DNA of 40,440 nt, from contig JAHJSD010000024.1 in assembly GCA_018830585.1 (NCBI GenBank), positions 1 through 40,440 on the forward strand. Direction: 5' to 3'. Positions 1 to 8,177 of this stretch are shown here, in pieces. Below the pieces are notes generated by a model. That model searched no databases and was not told the origin of the DNA. It saw only the letters and a list, made by a program, of their open reading frames with translations. How positions within the stretch are numbered: position 1 is the stretch's first letter; each line of letters starts with the position of its first letter. This stretch comes from Patescibacteria group bacterium (lineage in GTDB: Bacteria > Patescibacteriota > Microgenomatia > UBA12405 > JAHJSD01). A program made the position numbers and the translations under genes.

Positions 1-60
1 CAAGTTGAACTTACAAACAAGACATCACAAATTACCGAAATTTGTTTTGCGGTTGCTATA
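1..60 (+). mobile_element. Right end of an IS630-type element or MITE, cut by the window edge
   Basis: 60/60 identical to 18068-18127; ends TTTGCGGTTGCTATA like the IS630 right end at 19505-19519. Confidence 0.85.
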
Positions 61-110
61 TTTTATGATGCCACAACAGTCTTTCTATCTTCCCGAGCTT
101 GCGATTAATC

Positions 111-542
111 CTACTTAATATTTTCGTATCTTCCGTCTTCGTAAGGCGGAAAGCAAATTTCGTATACTTTCAAGTTGCTACTTGTGTCAGCTTCCCATTG
201 CATTAGTTCACCAATTGCGACCGTGACAACAATAGGTTCTTTTAATTCTTCATTTACTTCATAAATTTGCTGTTTTCCGTCTGGCTTAGTAATTGTAAGT
301 TTCCCTTTTCCGGAAAGATAACCCTCGACAGTTCTATCGCCTTTCAACACCCTCTGCAAAGGGGTCTTATTGCCAGGCACAATTCTAATAATCCCCAAGT
401 CTTTAGTGGAATCGCCATCGAATGTGTAAACATCACAATCCACACCATCAACTATGTGCATCGTCTCCACAAAGGAAACGGGTTGTTCCCTTCCTTCAAA
501 CAAAAAGCTTTTAATTGATATTAGATTTTGTTCAACGTTCAT
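111..542 (-). CDS. Hypothetical protein, possible cupin (double-stranded beta-helix) fold
   Basis: 143-aa ORF with cupin-like pattern (EGYLSGKGKLTI...GELMQW...VYEICFPPY); TATACT just upstream of ATG. Confidence 0.55.
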   Translation of the reverse strand: MNVEQNLISIKSFLFEGREQPVSFVETMHIVDGVDCDVYTFDGDSTKDLGIIRIVPGNKTPLQRVLKGDRTVEGYLSGKGKLTITKPDGKQQIYEVNEELKEPIVVTVAIGELMQWEADTSSNLKVYEICFPPYEDGRYENIK

Positions 543-739
543 ATCGGTAAGTATATTTTAACACTGGGGTTCGAACCGCCTTAAGCCGAGGTTGACCGGT
601 CCCACTTCAGTGGTAATTTCCAAAGCTAATTTTTTATATTGCCAGCGACAGACTCCGGCGCGTGAGTAAACAACAAAACAGCGACCTTCCAGTAAAAATT
701 CTTTCTACCGCAAAATAGTTCCTGAATAGATGGGTTATT

Positions 740-748
740 TGATATAAT
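740..748 (+). promoter_or_regulatory. Extended -10 element (TGATATAAT), probable tRNA promoter
   Basis: TGnTATAAT consensus upstream of the duplicated tRNA 5' end. Confidence 0.55.
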
Positions 749-764
749 CGGTTGACCGTTTGAA

Positions 765-784
765 AAGTTTATTTGCGCCCGTAG
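765..784 (+). repeat. 20-bp direct repeat of the tRNA leader and 5' end
   Basis: AAGTTTATTTGCGCCCGTAG at 765-784 and 932-951. Confidence 0.9.
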
Positions 785-790
785 TTTTTA

Positions 791-860
791 CCCGCCGAAA
801 AGTGCACTTTGAGCCGTGTACGAACAGTACCCAAAAGGCGAAAAGCAAACGAAGGCAGGC
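791..860 (+). repeat. Structured hairpin element, copy 1
   Basis: CCCGCC...TGAGCCGTGTA...AAAAGGCGAA...GGCAGGC, shared with 1094-1163. Confidence 0.7.
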
Positions 861-941
861 AGTCCGGTCCCGCCGAGAATGCGAGGCGGGGAAAAAGTAT
901 TTGAAGTTTGAAAAAGTTTTTTTAAAATAATAAGTTTATTT

Positions 942-1015
942 GCGCCCGTAGCTCAGCCTGGTAGAGCACCCGCCTCTTAAGCGGAGGGTCGGGGGTCCGA
1001 ATCCCTCCGGGCGCA
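942..1015 (+). tRNA. tRNA-Lys (anticodon CTT)
   Basis: Acceptor stem GCGCCCG/CGGGCGC, D arm GCTC/GAGC, anticodon loop CT-CTT-AA, T arm GGGGG-TCCGAAT-CCCTC; CCA not encoded. Confidence 0.9.
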
Positions 1016-1055
1016 CAAAAGAAAACCTTCTCTTTTTGAGGAGGTTTTCTTTTGT
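1015..1055 (+). terminator. Intrinsic terminator-like hairpin after the tRNA
   Basis: 14-bp perfect stem ACAAAAGAAAACCT/AGGTTTTCTTTTGT with a T-rich 3' side. Confidence 0.6.
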
Positions 1056-1093
1056 TTGTCTGGATGAGCGAGGATCCCTTGTAAGAATCTATA

Positions 1094-1163
1094 CCCGCCC
1101 AAGTTCGCAACGTGAGCCGTGTATGAATAATACTGAAAAGGCGAACGATAAGAACGGGCAGGC
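1094..1163 (+). repeat. Structured hairpin element, copy 2
   Basis: Same architecture as 791-860 with compensatory stem changes. Confidence 0.7.
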
Positions 1164-1303
1164 CTCCGGGCGCACCGAGTCTAACTCGGCTTCAGCTGCG
1201 GCAGGAGGGTGAGGACCCCCGCAAAAAAAGTTTGAGAAAAAAGTGGAACTCGGGAAAAACTATTAATCCGATAGAAAGCATTAAAGGCTTGAGACCAACC
1301 ACC

Positions 1304-1329
1304 GTCCGAATCCCTCCGGGCGCACAAAA
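1304..1329 (+). repeat. att-like duplication of the tRNA 3' end
   Basis: GTCCGAATCCCTCCGGGCGCACAAAA identical to 995-1020; 13-bp partial copy at 1163-1175. Confidence 0.9.
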
Positions 1330-1451
1330 TGAAATAGAAGGGTAAAAAGTTAGCAAGTGATAGTCTGTAGAAATAAAGCTTTCAATTTTTCGATTTTTTG
1401 ATAGAATTCTGAAAATCTTAAATTAACGACGCAAGATTAACTAAAATACCA

Positions 1452-1676
1452 ATGATCGACAGAGTTCTAAAGAAAGTAAGATCTACTCCACCAGCACCAC
1501 CTTCGGAAGAGACGAGAGCTTTCTATCGAAAACTCTGGGAAAGAATTACTCGTGAAGAAATACTCCTTAGCGAAAGAGAGATAGAACGAATAAGAGAACA
1601 AACTCCTGATCCTTCCCCTGAGGAAATCGAACACATCATCAATCAGGCAAACCGTCGACCTCAAAGACGTTCTTGA
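1452..1676 (+). CDS. Small hypothetical charged helical protein
   Basis: 74-aa ATG ORF with TAAAAT directly upstream; no recognisable motif. Confidence 0.5.
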   Translation: MIDRVLKKVRSTPPAPPSEETRAFYRKLWERITREEILLSEREIERIREQTPDPSPEEIEHIINQANRRPQRRS

Positions 1677-1830
1677 TTAATGCCCGCCTCACCAAGAAAG
1701 TGGACTAAAATCGGCTATCTGCCTTTTTCGGATTGTCCCTTTTGTTCCTTGGAAAGACAGCAAACAAATTCTCCTCCGGCGATAAATTGAATCTCCAAAA
1801 ACTAATCCCGCCACTGCGGGACACAACAGT

Positions 1831-1855
1831 CCATGGTTTTCTTGGTTCAAATATA
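1831..1855. repeat. End fragment of miniature palindromic element family A
   Basis: CCATGGTTTTCTTGGTTCA..TATA; the GGTTTTCTTGGTTCA core recurs in 10520-10543, 13593-13617 and 27064-27084. Confidence 0.7.
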
Positions 1856-1907
1856 AAAAACACTTATAACTACTGGAAAAGATAAGTTCAGACTGATAGT
1901 CTAAGAT

Positions 1908-3308
1908 ATGAGCGGTTTGTTCGGTTTAGTAGAAAGAAAAAATTGTTCTGCCACCCTTTTTTACGGTACCGACTATCACTCCCATTTGGGCACTCAAAAA
2001 GCGGGGTTGGCGATCTTAAATCACCGGATTTATCGGAGTATTCATGATATCTCCGTCTCTCAATTTAAATCAAAATTTGCTGATGAAATCGAAAAAATGG
2101 CCGGCCGGATCGGTATCGGGGTAATCAGCGATAACGAGCCCCAGCCGATTATCATCTCTTCCTCTTTTGGTACCTTTACTCTGGCCACCTCTGGCTTTAT
2201 CAGCAACAAAAAACAATTAGCCAGGGAAGTTATGAGAACGGGCGGCAGCTTCTCCGAGCTGAGCGGAGGGACGATCAATCCTACTGAGGTAGCGGGAAAG
2301 ATCATCGCTCAAAAGGAAAGTGTCATTGAGGGGATAAAATACCTTTTTGAAAAGGTTAGAGGCTCTCTTTCCCTGCTACTGCTTAACAAAGAGGGCATCT
2401 ATGCTGCCAGAGACAAACAAGGAAGAACCGGTTTGGCCGTCGGCCGAAGAAATCGAGACATTGCTATTGCCTCGGAAAGCTGTTCTTTTCCTAATTTAGG
2501 CTATCATTTGGTAAAAGAACTCGGACCGAAAGAGGTAGTCTTAATTGACACCAAAGGCAGTATAAAAACAATACTTGCCGGTGCAAAAAAAGAGAGCATT
2601 TGTGCTTTTTTATGGATCTATACTGGCTATCCCGCCTCATCTTACAATGGCATATCAGTGGAAGCAGTCAGAGAAAGGTGCGGTATTAACTTAGCCAAAA
2701 GAGATAATCTCAAAGCAGATTTTGTTACCGGCATTCCGGACTCCGGTATCGCCCATGGTTTAGGATATGCCATTGGCGCCGGCATCCCCTACCGGCGGGC
2801 TTTTGTTAAATATACCCCAGGATACGGCAGAAGTTACACGCCACCATCCCAAAAGGTAAGGGATAAAATTGCCCAAATGAAGCTGATTGCCATAGAAAAA
2901 ATTATTAAAGGTAAAAAAATCATTATCTGCGACGATTCAATCGTCAGAGGTACTCAACTTAAAAACCAAGCCATTAAAAAGCTTTGGCGTTATGGCGCAG
3001 AGGAAATACATGTTAGAATCGCCTGCCCACCGCTGATGTTCCCTTGCGCTTACCTTTTTTCCACCCGGACCAAAAAGGAACTGGCCGCCAGAAGGGCGAT
3101 CAGAAAGGTGTTCGGCAAAAGAGGTAAATCAATTAATTTAGAAAGTTTCCTTAACGAAAAAAGCGAACAATATCGAAAAATGGTTGATCAGATGAGAAAA
3201 GAACTTGGGGTAACCACCCTGAGATTTCAAACAGTAAATGACATGATTGATGCCATTGGATTGCCGAAGGAAAGATTATGTCTCCACTGCTGGATAGGAA
3301 AAAGTTGA
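1908..3308 (+). CDS. purF: Amidophosphoribosyltransferase (PurF)-like protein with Ser in place of the catalytic Cys1
   Basis: Ntn-type N-domain (MSGLFG, ARD..G, ASES), PRPP loop IICDDSIVRGT, GIPDSG, Cys pattern CAF/CPP..PC/CLHC. Confidence 0.85.
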   Translation: MSGLFGLVERKNCSATLFYGTDYHSHLGTQKAGLAILNHRIYRSIHDISVSQFKSKFADEIEKMAGRIGIGVISDNEPQPIIISSSFGTFTLATSGFISNKKQLAREVMRTGGSFSELSGGTINPTEVAGKIIAQKESVIEGIKYLFEKVRGSLSLLLLNKEGIYAARDKQGRTGLAVGRRNRDIAIASESCSFPNLGYHLVKELGPKEVVLIDTKGSIKTILAGAKKESICAFLWIYTGYPASSYNGISVEAVRERCGINLAKRDNLKADFVTGIPDSGIAHGLGYAIGAGIPYRRAFVKYTPGYGRSYTPPSQKVRDKIAQMKLIAIEKIIKGKKIIICDDSIVRGTQLKNQAIKKLWRYGAEEIHVRIACPPLMFPCAYLFSTRTKKELAARRAIRKVFGKRGKSINLESFLNEKSEQYRKMVDQMRKELGVTTLRFQTVNDMIDAIGLPKERLCLHCWIGKS

Positions 3309-4244
3309 CAAGAACTTTTTCAGCTTCTCGAAACTATCCGGGTCGTAAGTTGAAGTGGGAAAAACATGGGCATTAGTTTTTTTAAAGGTTCTAATCCGTT
3401 TTCCCAATTCCTTTTCCGTTACTAAATCAGTCTTAGTCAAAACCACAATCTGCTCTTTTCTGAGCAATTGAGGATTAAACCTCTTCAGTTCGTCAAGAAC
3501 TACCTGATAGTCTTTGGCTAAATCGTCAGCCTCCAATGACAAGCAATGAATTAATAAGGTTACTTTTTCAATATGCTTTAAAAACTTAATTCCCAACCCC
3601 CTTCCCTCGGAAGCGCCTTCGATTAACCCGGGAATATCGGCAATAATTTTGCCGTTTAAGTCTCCCAAATTAGGCTCAAGGGTAGTAAATGGATAGCTAG
3701 CTGTTTTAGCTCTGGCATTAGTCAATGCATTAAGAAGACTGCTTTTACCGGCATTAGGCAAGCCGATCAAACCAATATCGGCGAGCAGTCTCAGAATTAT
3801 TTTCAGATTCCTTTTTTGTCCGGGTAAACCCGGCTGGGCGTACTTTGGGGTAGTATTGGTAGGGGATCTTAACTCATAGTTGCCCTTGCCTCCTAAACCG
3901 CCCTTGGCCAAAAGAATTCTTTGGCCTTCTTTTTCAACTTCAAAAACTTTCTCGGTATCTATGTCCGACAAAGAAGAACCTTTGGGGACAATTAAATCAA
4001 AATCCTCGCCCCCTGCCCCAGTCTTCTGGTTTTTTCCGCCCGCTTTGCCATCTTCAGCGGAACAAGCCTTCAACTGGAGATATCTTTTCAGAATAAAAAG
4101 GTTGTTCACCCCAAGAGCGTAAACATCACCGCCCTTGCCGCCGTTACCCCCGTCAGGACCGGATCTCAGTCCCGGCCCAAAGGAGACTTTGCCGACACCA
4201 CCATGGCCGGCTTTAATGGAAACTTCGATTTCGTCTATTAACAC
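3276..4244 (-). CDS. obgE: GTPase Obg/CgtA
   Basis: Gly-rich Obg domain (GPDGGNGGKGG), GLPNAGKS, YPFTTLEPN, DIPGLIEGA, TKTD. Confidence 0.97.
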   Translation of the reverse strand: MLIDEIEVSIKAGHGGVGKVSFGPGLRSGPDGGNGGKGGDVYALGVNNLFILKRYLQLKACSAEDGKAGGKNQKTGAGGEDFDLIVPKGSSLSDIDTEKVFEVEKEGQRILLAKGGLGGKGNYELRSPTNTTPKYAQPGLPGQKRNLKIILRLLADIGLIGLPNAGKSSLLNALTNARAKTASYPFTTLEPNLGDLNGKIIADIPGLIEGASEGRGLGIKFLKHIEKVTLLIHCLSLEADDLAKDYQVVLDELKRFNPQLLRKEQIVVLTKTDLVTEKELGKRIRTFKKTNAHVFPTSTYDPDSFEKLKKFLSTFSYPAVET

Positions 4245-4283
4245 AAAAGCAATTATACCTGAATCTGGGCCGTTCCGGTTGGT

Positions 4284-4325
4284 TTATAACATTAAACACA
4301 GCGATCGCTGTCTTTAATGTTATAA
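4284..4325. repeat. 42-bp spacerless palindrome with one mismatch
   Basis: TTATAACATTAAACACAGCGA|TCGCTGTCTTTAATGTTATAA. Confidence 0.9.
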
Positions 4326-4329
4326 GAAT

Positions 4330-4529
4330 GGATCCCCACGAGTGGGAACGGCAAATCACTCTACCGTGGGGATTTTTCCCCGCCAGCAACTGCGTAGCTT
4401 TGGGCGGGTCAGAATGACGAGGTTGCTCCGGCCGTCACGTCATCCTGAGGAAGTTCTAACAACGAAGGATCCCCCTCGTTTGGGCAATTTGTCTGGATAA
4501 GGGGATTCTTCGCTACGCTCAGAATGACG
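4330..4529. repeat. Tandem REP-like palindromic units, family C
   Basis: CGTCATCCTGAG...GAAGGATCCC-variable-GGGATTCTTCGCTACGCTCAGAATGACG at 4438-4529, plus a degenerate unit at 4330-4419. Confidence 0.85.
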
Positions 4530-4539
4530 GCAGGGAAAA

Positions 4540-4592
4540 TCACGACACTGGATCGTTTCAATCCACCCCTCTTTCGCTTCCAGGATCGAATT
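4540..4592. repeat. Dispersed repeat H; inverted copy at 14671-14716
   Basis: TCACGAYACTGGATC...CCAGGATCGAATT shared in opposite orientation; both copies abut a family C unit. Confidence 0.65.
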
Positions 4593-4721
4593 CAGGCGCA
4601 AGTCCCCGCCGAAGGCTTGACAGAGGCGGGTCGGAATGATGAGATTGAGGCCAAAGACTAAGCTAAGCTTCAAACAGAGAAGTGTTTAGGGGTTAAATGG
4701 CCTAAACGGTTAAATGGGAAA

Positions 4722-5777
4722 CTAAAAAGGCAGTCTTCTTCTCAGCCTGAGCAGCTTCCACCTTAAAGAGTCGGCCCATTGCAGACCCTGGTAAAGCCAC
4801 TGATTGGTAATCAGATCCCAACTGGGGCTGTATTCAACCAAGTCCGGCCCGTAACCTAACTTAAAACGATGGAAACCATACCAGGGATGATTCTTGTCAG
4901 CATCCGGCCCCAAACCGCCCCAAAGGTCGAAATGGTGACAACCATTTTGCTTACCAAACAAAATCGCTTTCCAGCAAAGCAAATTGGAAGCCATCAGCTC
5001 ACGGTGTTTTGAATTAGAAGCCCCGTAAGGATAAAAAAGCGTGTCTTTCCAGGTAAACAGCATCCAAGCGCCAAGCACTTCTTGTTTATATTTAGCCAGC
5101 AGAATGTGCGAAATTTTAGCCGGGAACAAAATCTGCCACATTTTCCTAAAATAATCGGGAGAGTGCATATAAAATTTTTGTCTCCTTAGGGTTTTCTGGA
5201 GCAGGGAAATAAAAATTTCTAAACCCTGATCGTCACTTTTTTCCTCAACGGTAACACCGTTTTTTTCGGCCAATCTAATGTTGTATCTGGTTTTGCTATG
5301 CATATTGGAAAGTAACTCGTCTTCAGTTTTAGTCAAATTTAAAATAAACGAGTAAGGGTCAAAAAGGGGCTTAGCAGACTCGGTTAGGCCTATTTTTTCC
5401 AAATCCACCTGCCGGTCTTCGAACGGAATTTTTTCCGGTTCCCCTTTTTCGTTTTTCCAACGCCGCACAATATATGAAGGCTCGATTTTAATAAAAATCG
5501 CCTTTTGCTCTCGGGCCAACCCGCTTAAGGCGTTAATATACTCCTGGATCGGCAAACTCCCCTTAAGTAATTGGCCGGCGGAAAAAGAGGTTTTAGGAAT
5601 TTGACGAAACAGAACCAGAAGTCCGTCAACCATTTTATCTTTTTCAAAAACACCAAGGCGAACCGCCTTCATTCCGGTACTTTCTTTAAACTCTCCCCAC
5701 TCCCAGCTTTGAAGCGGATGTTTTGCTACCCGGTTATAAAAATCTTTTTCCTCAGGAAAAACTTTTCGAATAAGCAC
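4722..5777 (-). CDS. FemAB/FemX-family lipid II aminoacyltransferase
   Basis: HPLQSWEWG, IKIEP, KTRYNIRLAEKNGV, YPYGAS, FDLWG, RFKLGYG. Confidence 0.92.
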   Translation of the reverse strand: MLIRKVFPEEKDFYNRVAKHPLQSWEWGEFKESTGMKAVRLGVFEKDKMVDGLLVLFRQIPKTSFSAGQLLKGSLPIQEYINALSGLAREQKAIFIKIEPSYIVRRWKNEKGEPEKIPFEDRQVDLEKIGLTESAKPLFDPYSFILNLTKTEDELLSNMHSKTRYNIRLAEKNGVTVEEKSDDQGLEIFISLLQKTLRRQKFYMHSPDYFRKMWQILFPAKISHILLAKYKQEVLGAWMLFTWKDTLFYPYGASNSKHRELMASNLLCWKAILFGKQNGCHHFDLWGGLGPDADKNHPWYGFHRFKLGYGPDLVEYSPSWDLITNQWLYQGLQWADSLRWKLLRLRRRLPF

Positions 5778-5783
5778 TCCGAT

Positions 5784-5832
5784 AATACTTAATACTTAAT
5801 ATTTGATATTTGATATTTGATATTTGATATTT
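5784..5832. repeat. 7-bp tandem repeat (RATAYTT)x7
   Basis: AATACTT x2, AATATTT, GATATTT x4. Confidence 0.9.
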
Positions 5833-5859
5833 CAAAAATTATCTAACTCCAGTCTACCA

Positions 5860-7725
5860 TTAGTCATCCCAGTCGTCATCATTATCCCAAGAGTCTTCCG
5901 AGCAAAGATCACTGGATTGAAAGTTTACCAATCTTTGAGGAATATCGTTTAAAAATCTGGAAATTTCATTATAATTAGTTTTGCCGAAAAATAGTCTTTT
6001 TTTGGCATAACTCAAAAAAAGCTTTTTTTTGGCCCGGGTCATGCCAACATAACAAAGGCGGCGCTCTTCTTCAAGCTGATCCGCCTCCTCCATGCTTCTG
6101 GAATGAGGCAGTAAACCTTCTTCCAAACCAACCAAGAAAACGGCGTCAAATTCCAGTCCTTTGCTGGAATGCAAAGTCATTACTCTGACCGCTTTATCCG
6201 AAATGCTGTTTTTTTCTTTTTCCTGAGCAAAATATTCCTGCTGAACCAAAGCAACGTTTTCCAAAAACTGACCGATATCGGGAAATTGCTTTGCCACCGA
6301 AGAAAGTTCTTTGATATTTTCCAAACGGCGGTAGTCATCCTCGTCTTTGGGGTTGTATTTTTCCAAATAGCCGCTTCCCACAAGGATTTCTTTAAGCAGG
6401 GTTTCCGTTTTCCTATCCCTGTCGGTATCCTTTTCCACGAAAGCCCGAACCGCATCTCTTCTTCTTTTGCCAAAATTTTTCTCTATCCTCTGCCAGGAAA
6501 TATTGTCCTTAGGGTTATAAAAAACACGAACCAAAGATAAAACGTCTTTAACTTCCGCCCGATCGTAAAACTTAACCCCGCCGACTAAAATATAGGGCAA
6601 GCCGTAACGGATAAAAGACTCCTCTATTGGCCTCGATTGGGCATTAGTACGATACAAAACAGCTATTTTAGTCGGATCCAAGCCGCCAAAGTCAACCAAC
6701 TGCTTTATCTTTTCACTGATAAACTCGGCCTCGTCAATTTCGGAACCGGCGCGGTAAACTAAAACCTTATCACCGGCTCCTTTTTTAGTAAAAAGTTTTA
6801 AAACCGGATGCTTCTCGTTTTTAGCAATTACCGAGTTGGCCGCATCCAAAATCGTCTGGGTGGAACGGTAATTTTGTTCTAAGTTAATTATTTTAATATT
6901 AGGAAAGTCTTTGGTTAGATTCATCAAATTACGGTAATCCGCTCCCCGCCAGCTATAAATCGCCTGAGCGGCATCTCCCACCGCGGTCAGATTGCCTTTT
7001 TTGCCGGCAATCATTTTGGTCAATGAATATTGAATACGGTTAGTATCCTGATACTCATCTACCAAAACATAACGGTAATTCCGGTGATATTTTTCCAAAA
7101 CGGACGGGTTTTTCCTAAAAAGCTCAATCGTATAGATTAAAAGATCGTCGAAGTCTAAAGCCCCGGAATCCCTAAGTGTCTTCTGGTATCGCTGATAAAT
7201 AAGAGCGACCGGTTCCTGGTAAGACCCTTGCGCCGAAGCTAAAAAAGTTTCCGGATCGATTAACCTGTTCTTGGCAGATTCGATTACCGACTTGATCATC
7301 CCCGGACCAAACCTGTCTTTATCAAGATTAAACTCTTTAATCAGATTTTTAATCAGAGAAAGCTGGTCATCGGCGTCATAAATGACAAAAGAGCGCGGCA
7401 AGCCGATTTTGTCCGCTTCTCTTCTCAGGATAAAAGCGGAAAAAGAGTGAAAGGTTCCGGAGAAAGGAAAGTGGGTTATTCTTTTTCCAAGATCTTTGAG
7501 CAAAATCTCTAACCGATTTTTCATTTCCCCGGCAGCTTTGTTGGTAAAAGTAAGTAACAGTAGTTGGTCAGCTTCGGCGATTCCCTGGGACACCAACCAG
7601 GCGGCCCGGTAGGTTAAAACCCTGGTTTTGCCACTGCCGGCTCCTGCCAATACCAAAAGCGGACTGCCCCAGTGTTTTACCGCTTGCCGTTGAGCCGGGT
7701 TTAAATCGTCAAGCAGGTTATTCAC
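5860..7725 (-). CDS. pcrA: PcrA/UvrD SF1 DNA helicase
   Basis: AGAGSGKT, TFTNKAA, DEYQDTN, LEQNYRST, TLHSSKGLEF, EEERRLCYVGMTRA. Confidence 0.95.
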   Translation of the reverse strand: MNNLLDDLNPAQRQAVKHWGSPLLVLAGAGSGKTRVLTYRAAWLVSQGIAEADQLLLLTFTNKAAGEMKNRLEILLKDLGKRITHFPFSGTFHSFSAFILRREADKIGLPRSFVIYDADDQLSLIKNLIKEFNLDKDRFGPGMIKSVIESAKNRLIDPETFLASAQGSYQEPVALIYQRYQKTLRDSGALDFDDLLIYTIELFRKNPSVLEKYHRNYRYVLVDEYQDTNRIQYSLTKMIAGKKGNLTAVGDAAQAIYSWRGADYRNLMNLTKDFPNIKIINLEQNYRSTQTILDAANSVIAKNEKHPVLKLFTKKGAGDKVLVYRAGSEIDEAEFISEKIKQLVDFGGLDPTKIAVLYRTNAQSRPIEESFIRYGLPYILVGGVKFYDRAEVKDVLSLVRVFYNPKDNISWQRIEKNFGKRRRDAVRAFVEKDTDRDRKTETLLKEILVGSGYLEKYNPKDEDDYRRLENIKELSSVAKQFPDIGQFLENVALVQQEYFAQEKEKNSISDKAVRVMTLHSSKGLEFDAVFLVGLEEGLLPHSRSMEEADQLEEERRLCYVGMTRAKKKLFLSYAKKRLFFGKTNYNEISRFLNDIPQRLVNFQSSDLCSEDSWDNDDDWDD

Positions 7726-7891
7726 AGATTTATATTAACAGATCAACTGTTTTGCCGACACGATTAACTCCCAGGGCACAAGCCAGGAGATAGTAGTTAG
7801 TATTTAGAAGTAGAAGGCGGGGAAAATTCATAAATTTTAAATGAACAAATAGCAGTAGTTTCCTTTATCCCGAGGAAGTTCGTTCCTCTCC

Positions 7892-8122
7892 CGTCATCCT
7901 GAGAAATTCTTATGACGAAGGATCCCGTCGAGAGAGCAAATTGCCAACGATTAGGGGATTCTTCCCCTTCGACAAAGCCTCAGGGTCAGAATGACGAGGT
8001 TGCTCCCGGCCGTCATCCTGAGAAATTCTTATGACGAAGGATCCCCTTGTGTAAGCAAATTACTCGTTCCATGGGGATTCTTCGCTACGCTCAGAATGAC
8101 GGGGGGTCTGGATCAGAATGAC
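7892..8122. repeat. Tandem family C palindromic units (7892-7996, 8011-8101, plus a partial unit)
   Basis: CGTCATCCTGAGAAATTCTTATGACGAAGGATCCC occurs twice; linker AGGTTGCTCC(C)GGC is shared with 4420-4432. Confidence 0.9.
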
Positions 8123-8177
8123 GAGGGGGGTTCCTTTTTGGGAACCATTGGAGACTTTACGATCTAAAAAACAGGGA

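Noticed and set aside
562..613. GGTTCGAACC resembling a tRNA T arm
   Set aside because: No cloverleaf can be built around it; only a loose hairpin
922..1110. 62-aa minus-strand ORF
   Set aside because: Antisense to the tRNA
4440..4673. Short ORFs in repeat clusters (also 14843-15097, 17755-18048, 25342-25563, 33918-34163)
   Set aside because: They are translations of palindromic repeats (e.g. HSERSEES), with no independent coding evidence
7892..8122. Possible CRISPR array
   Set aside because: Only two full units, long inverted arms, related loops and no cas genes; REP-like instead
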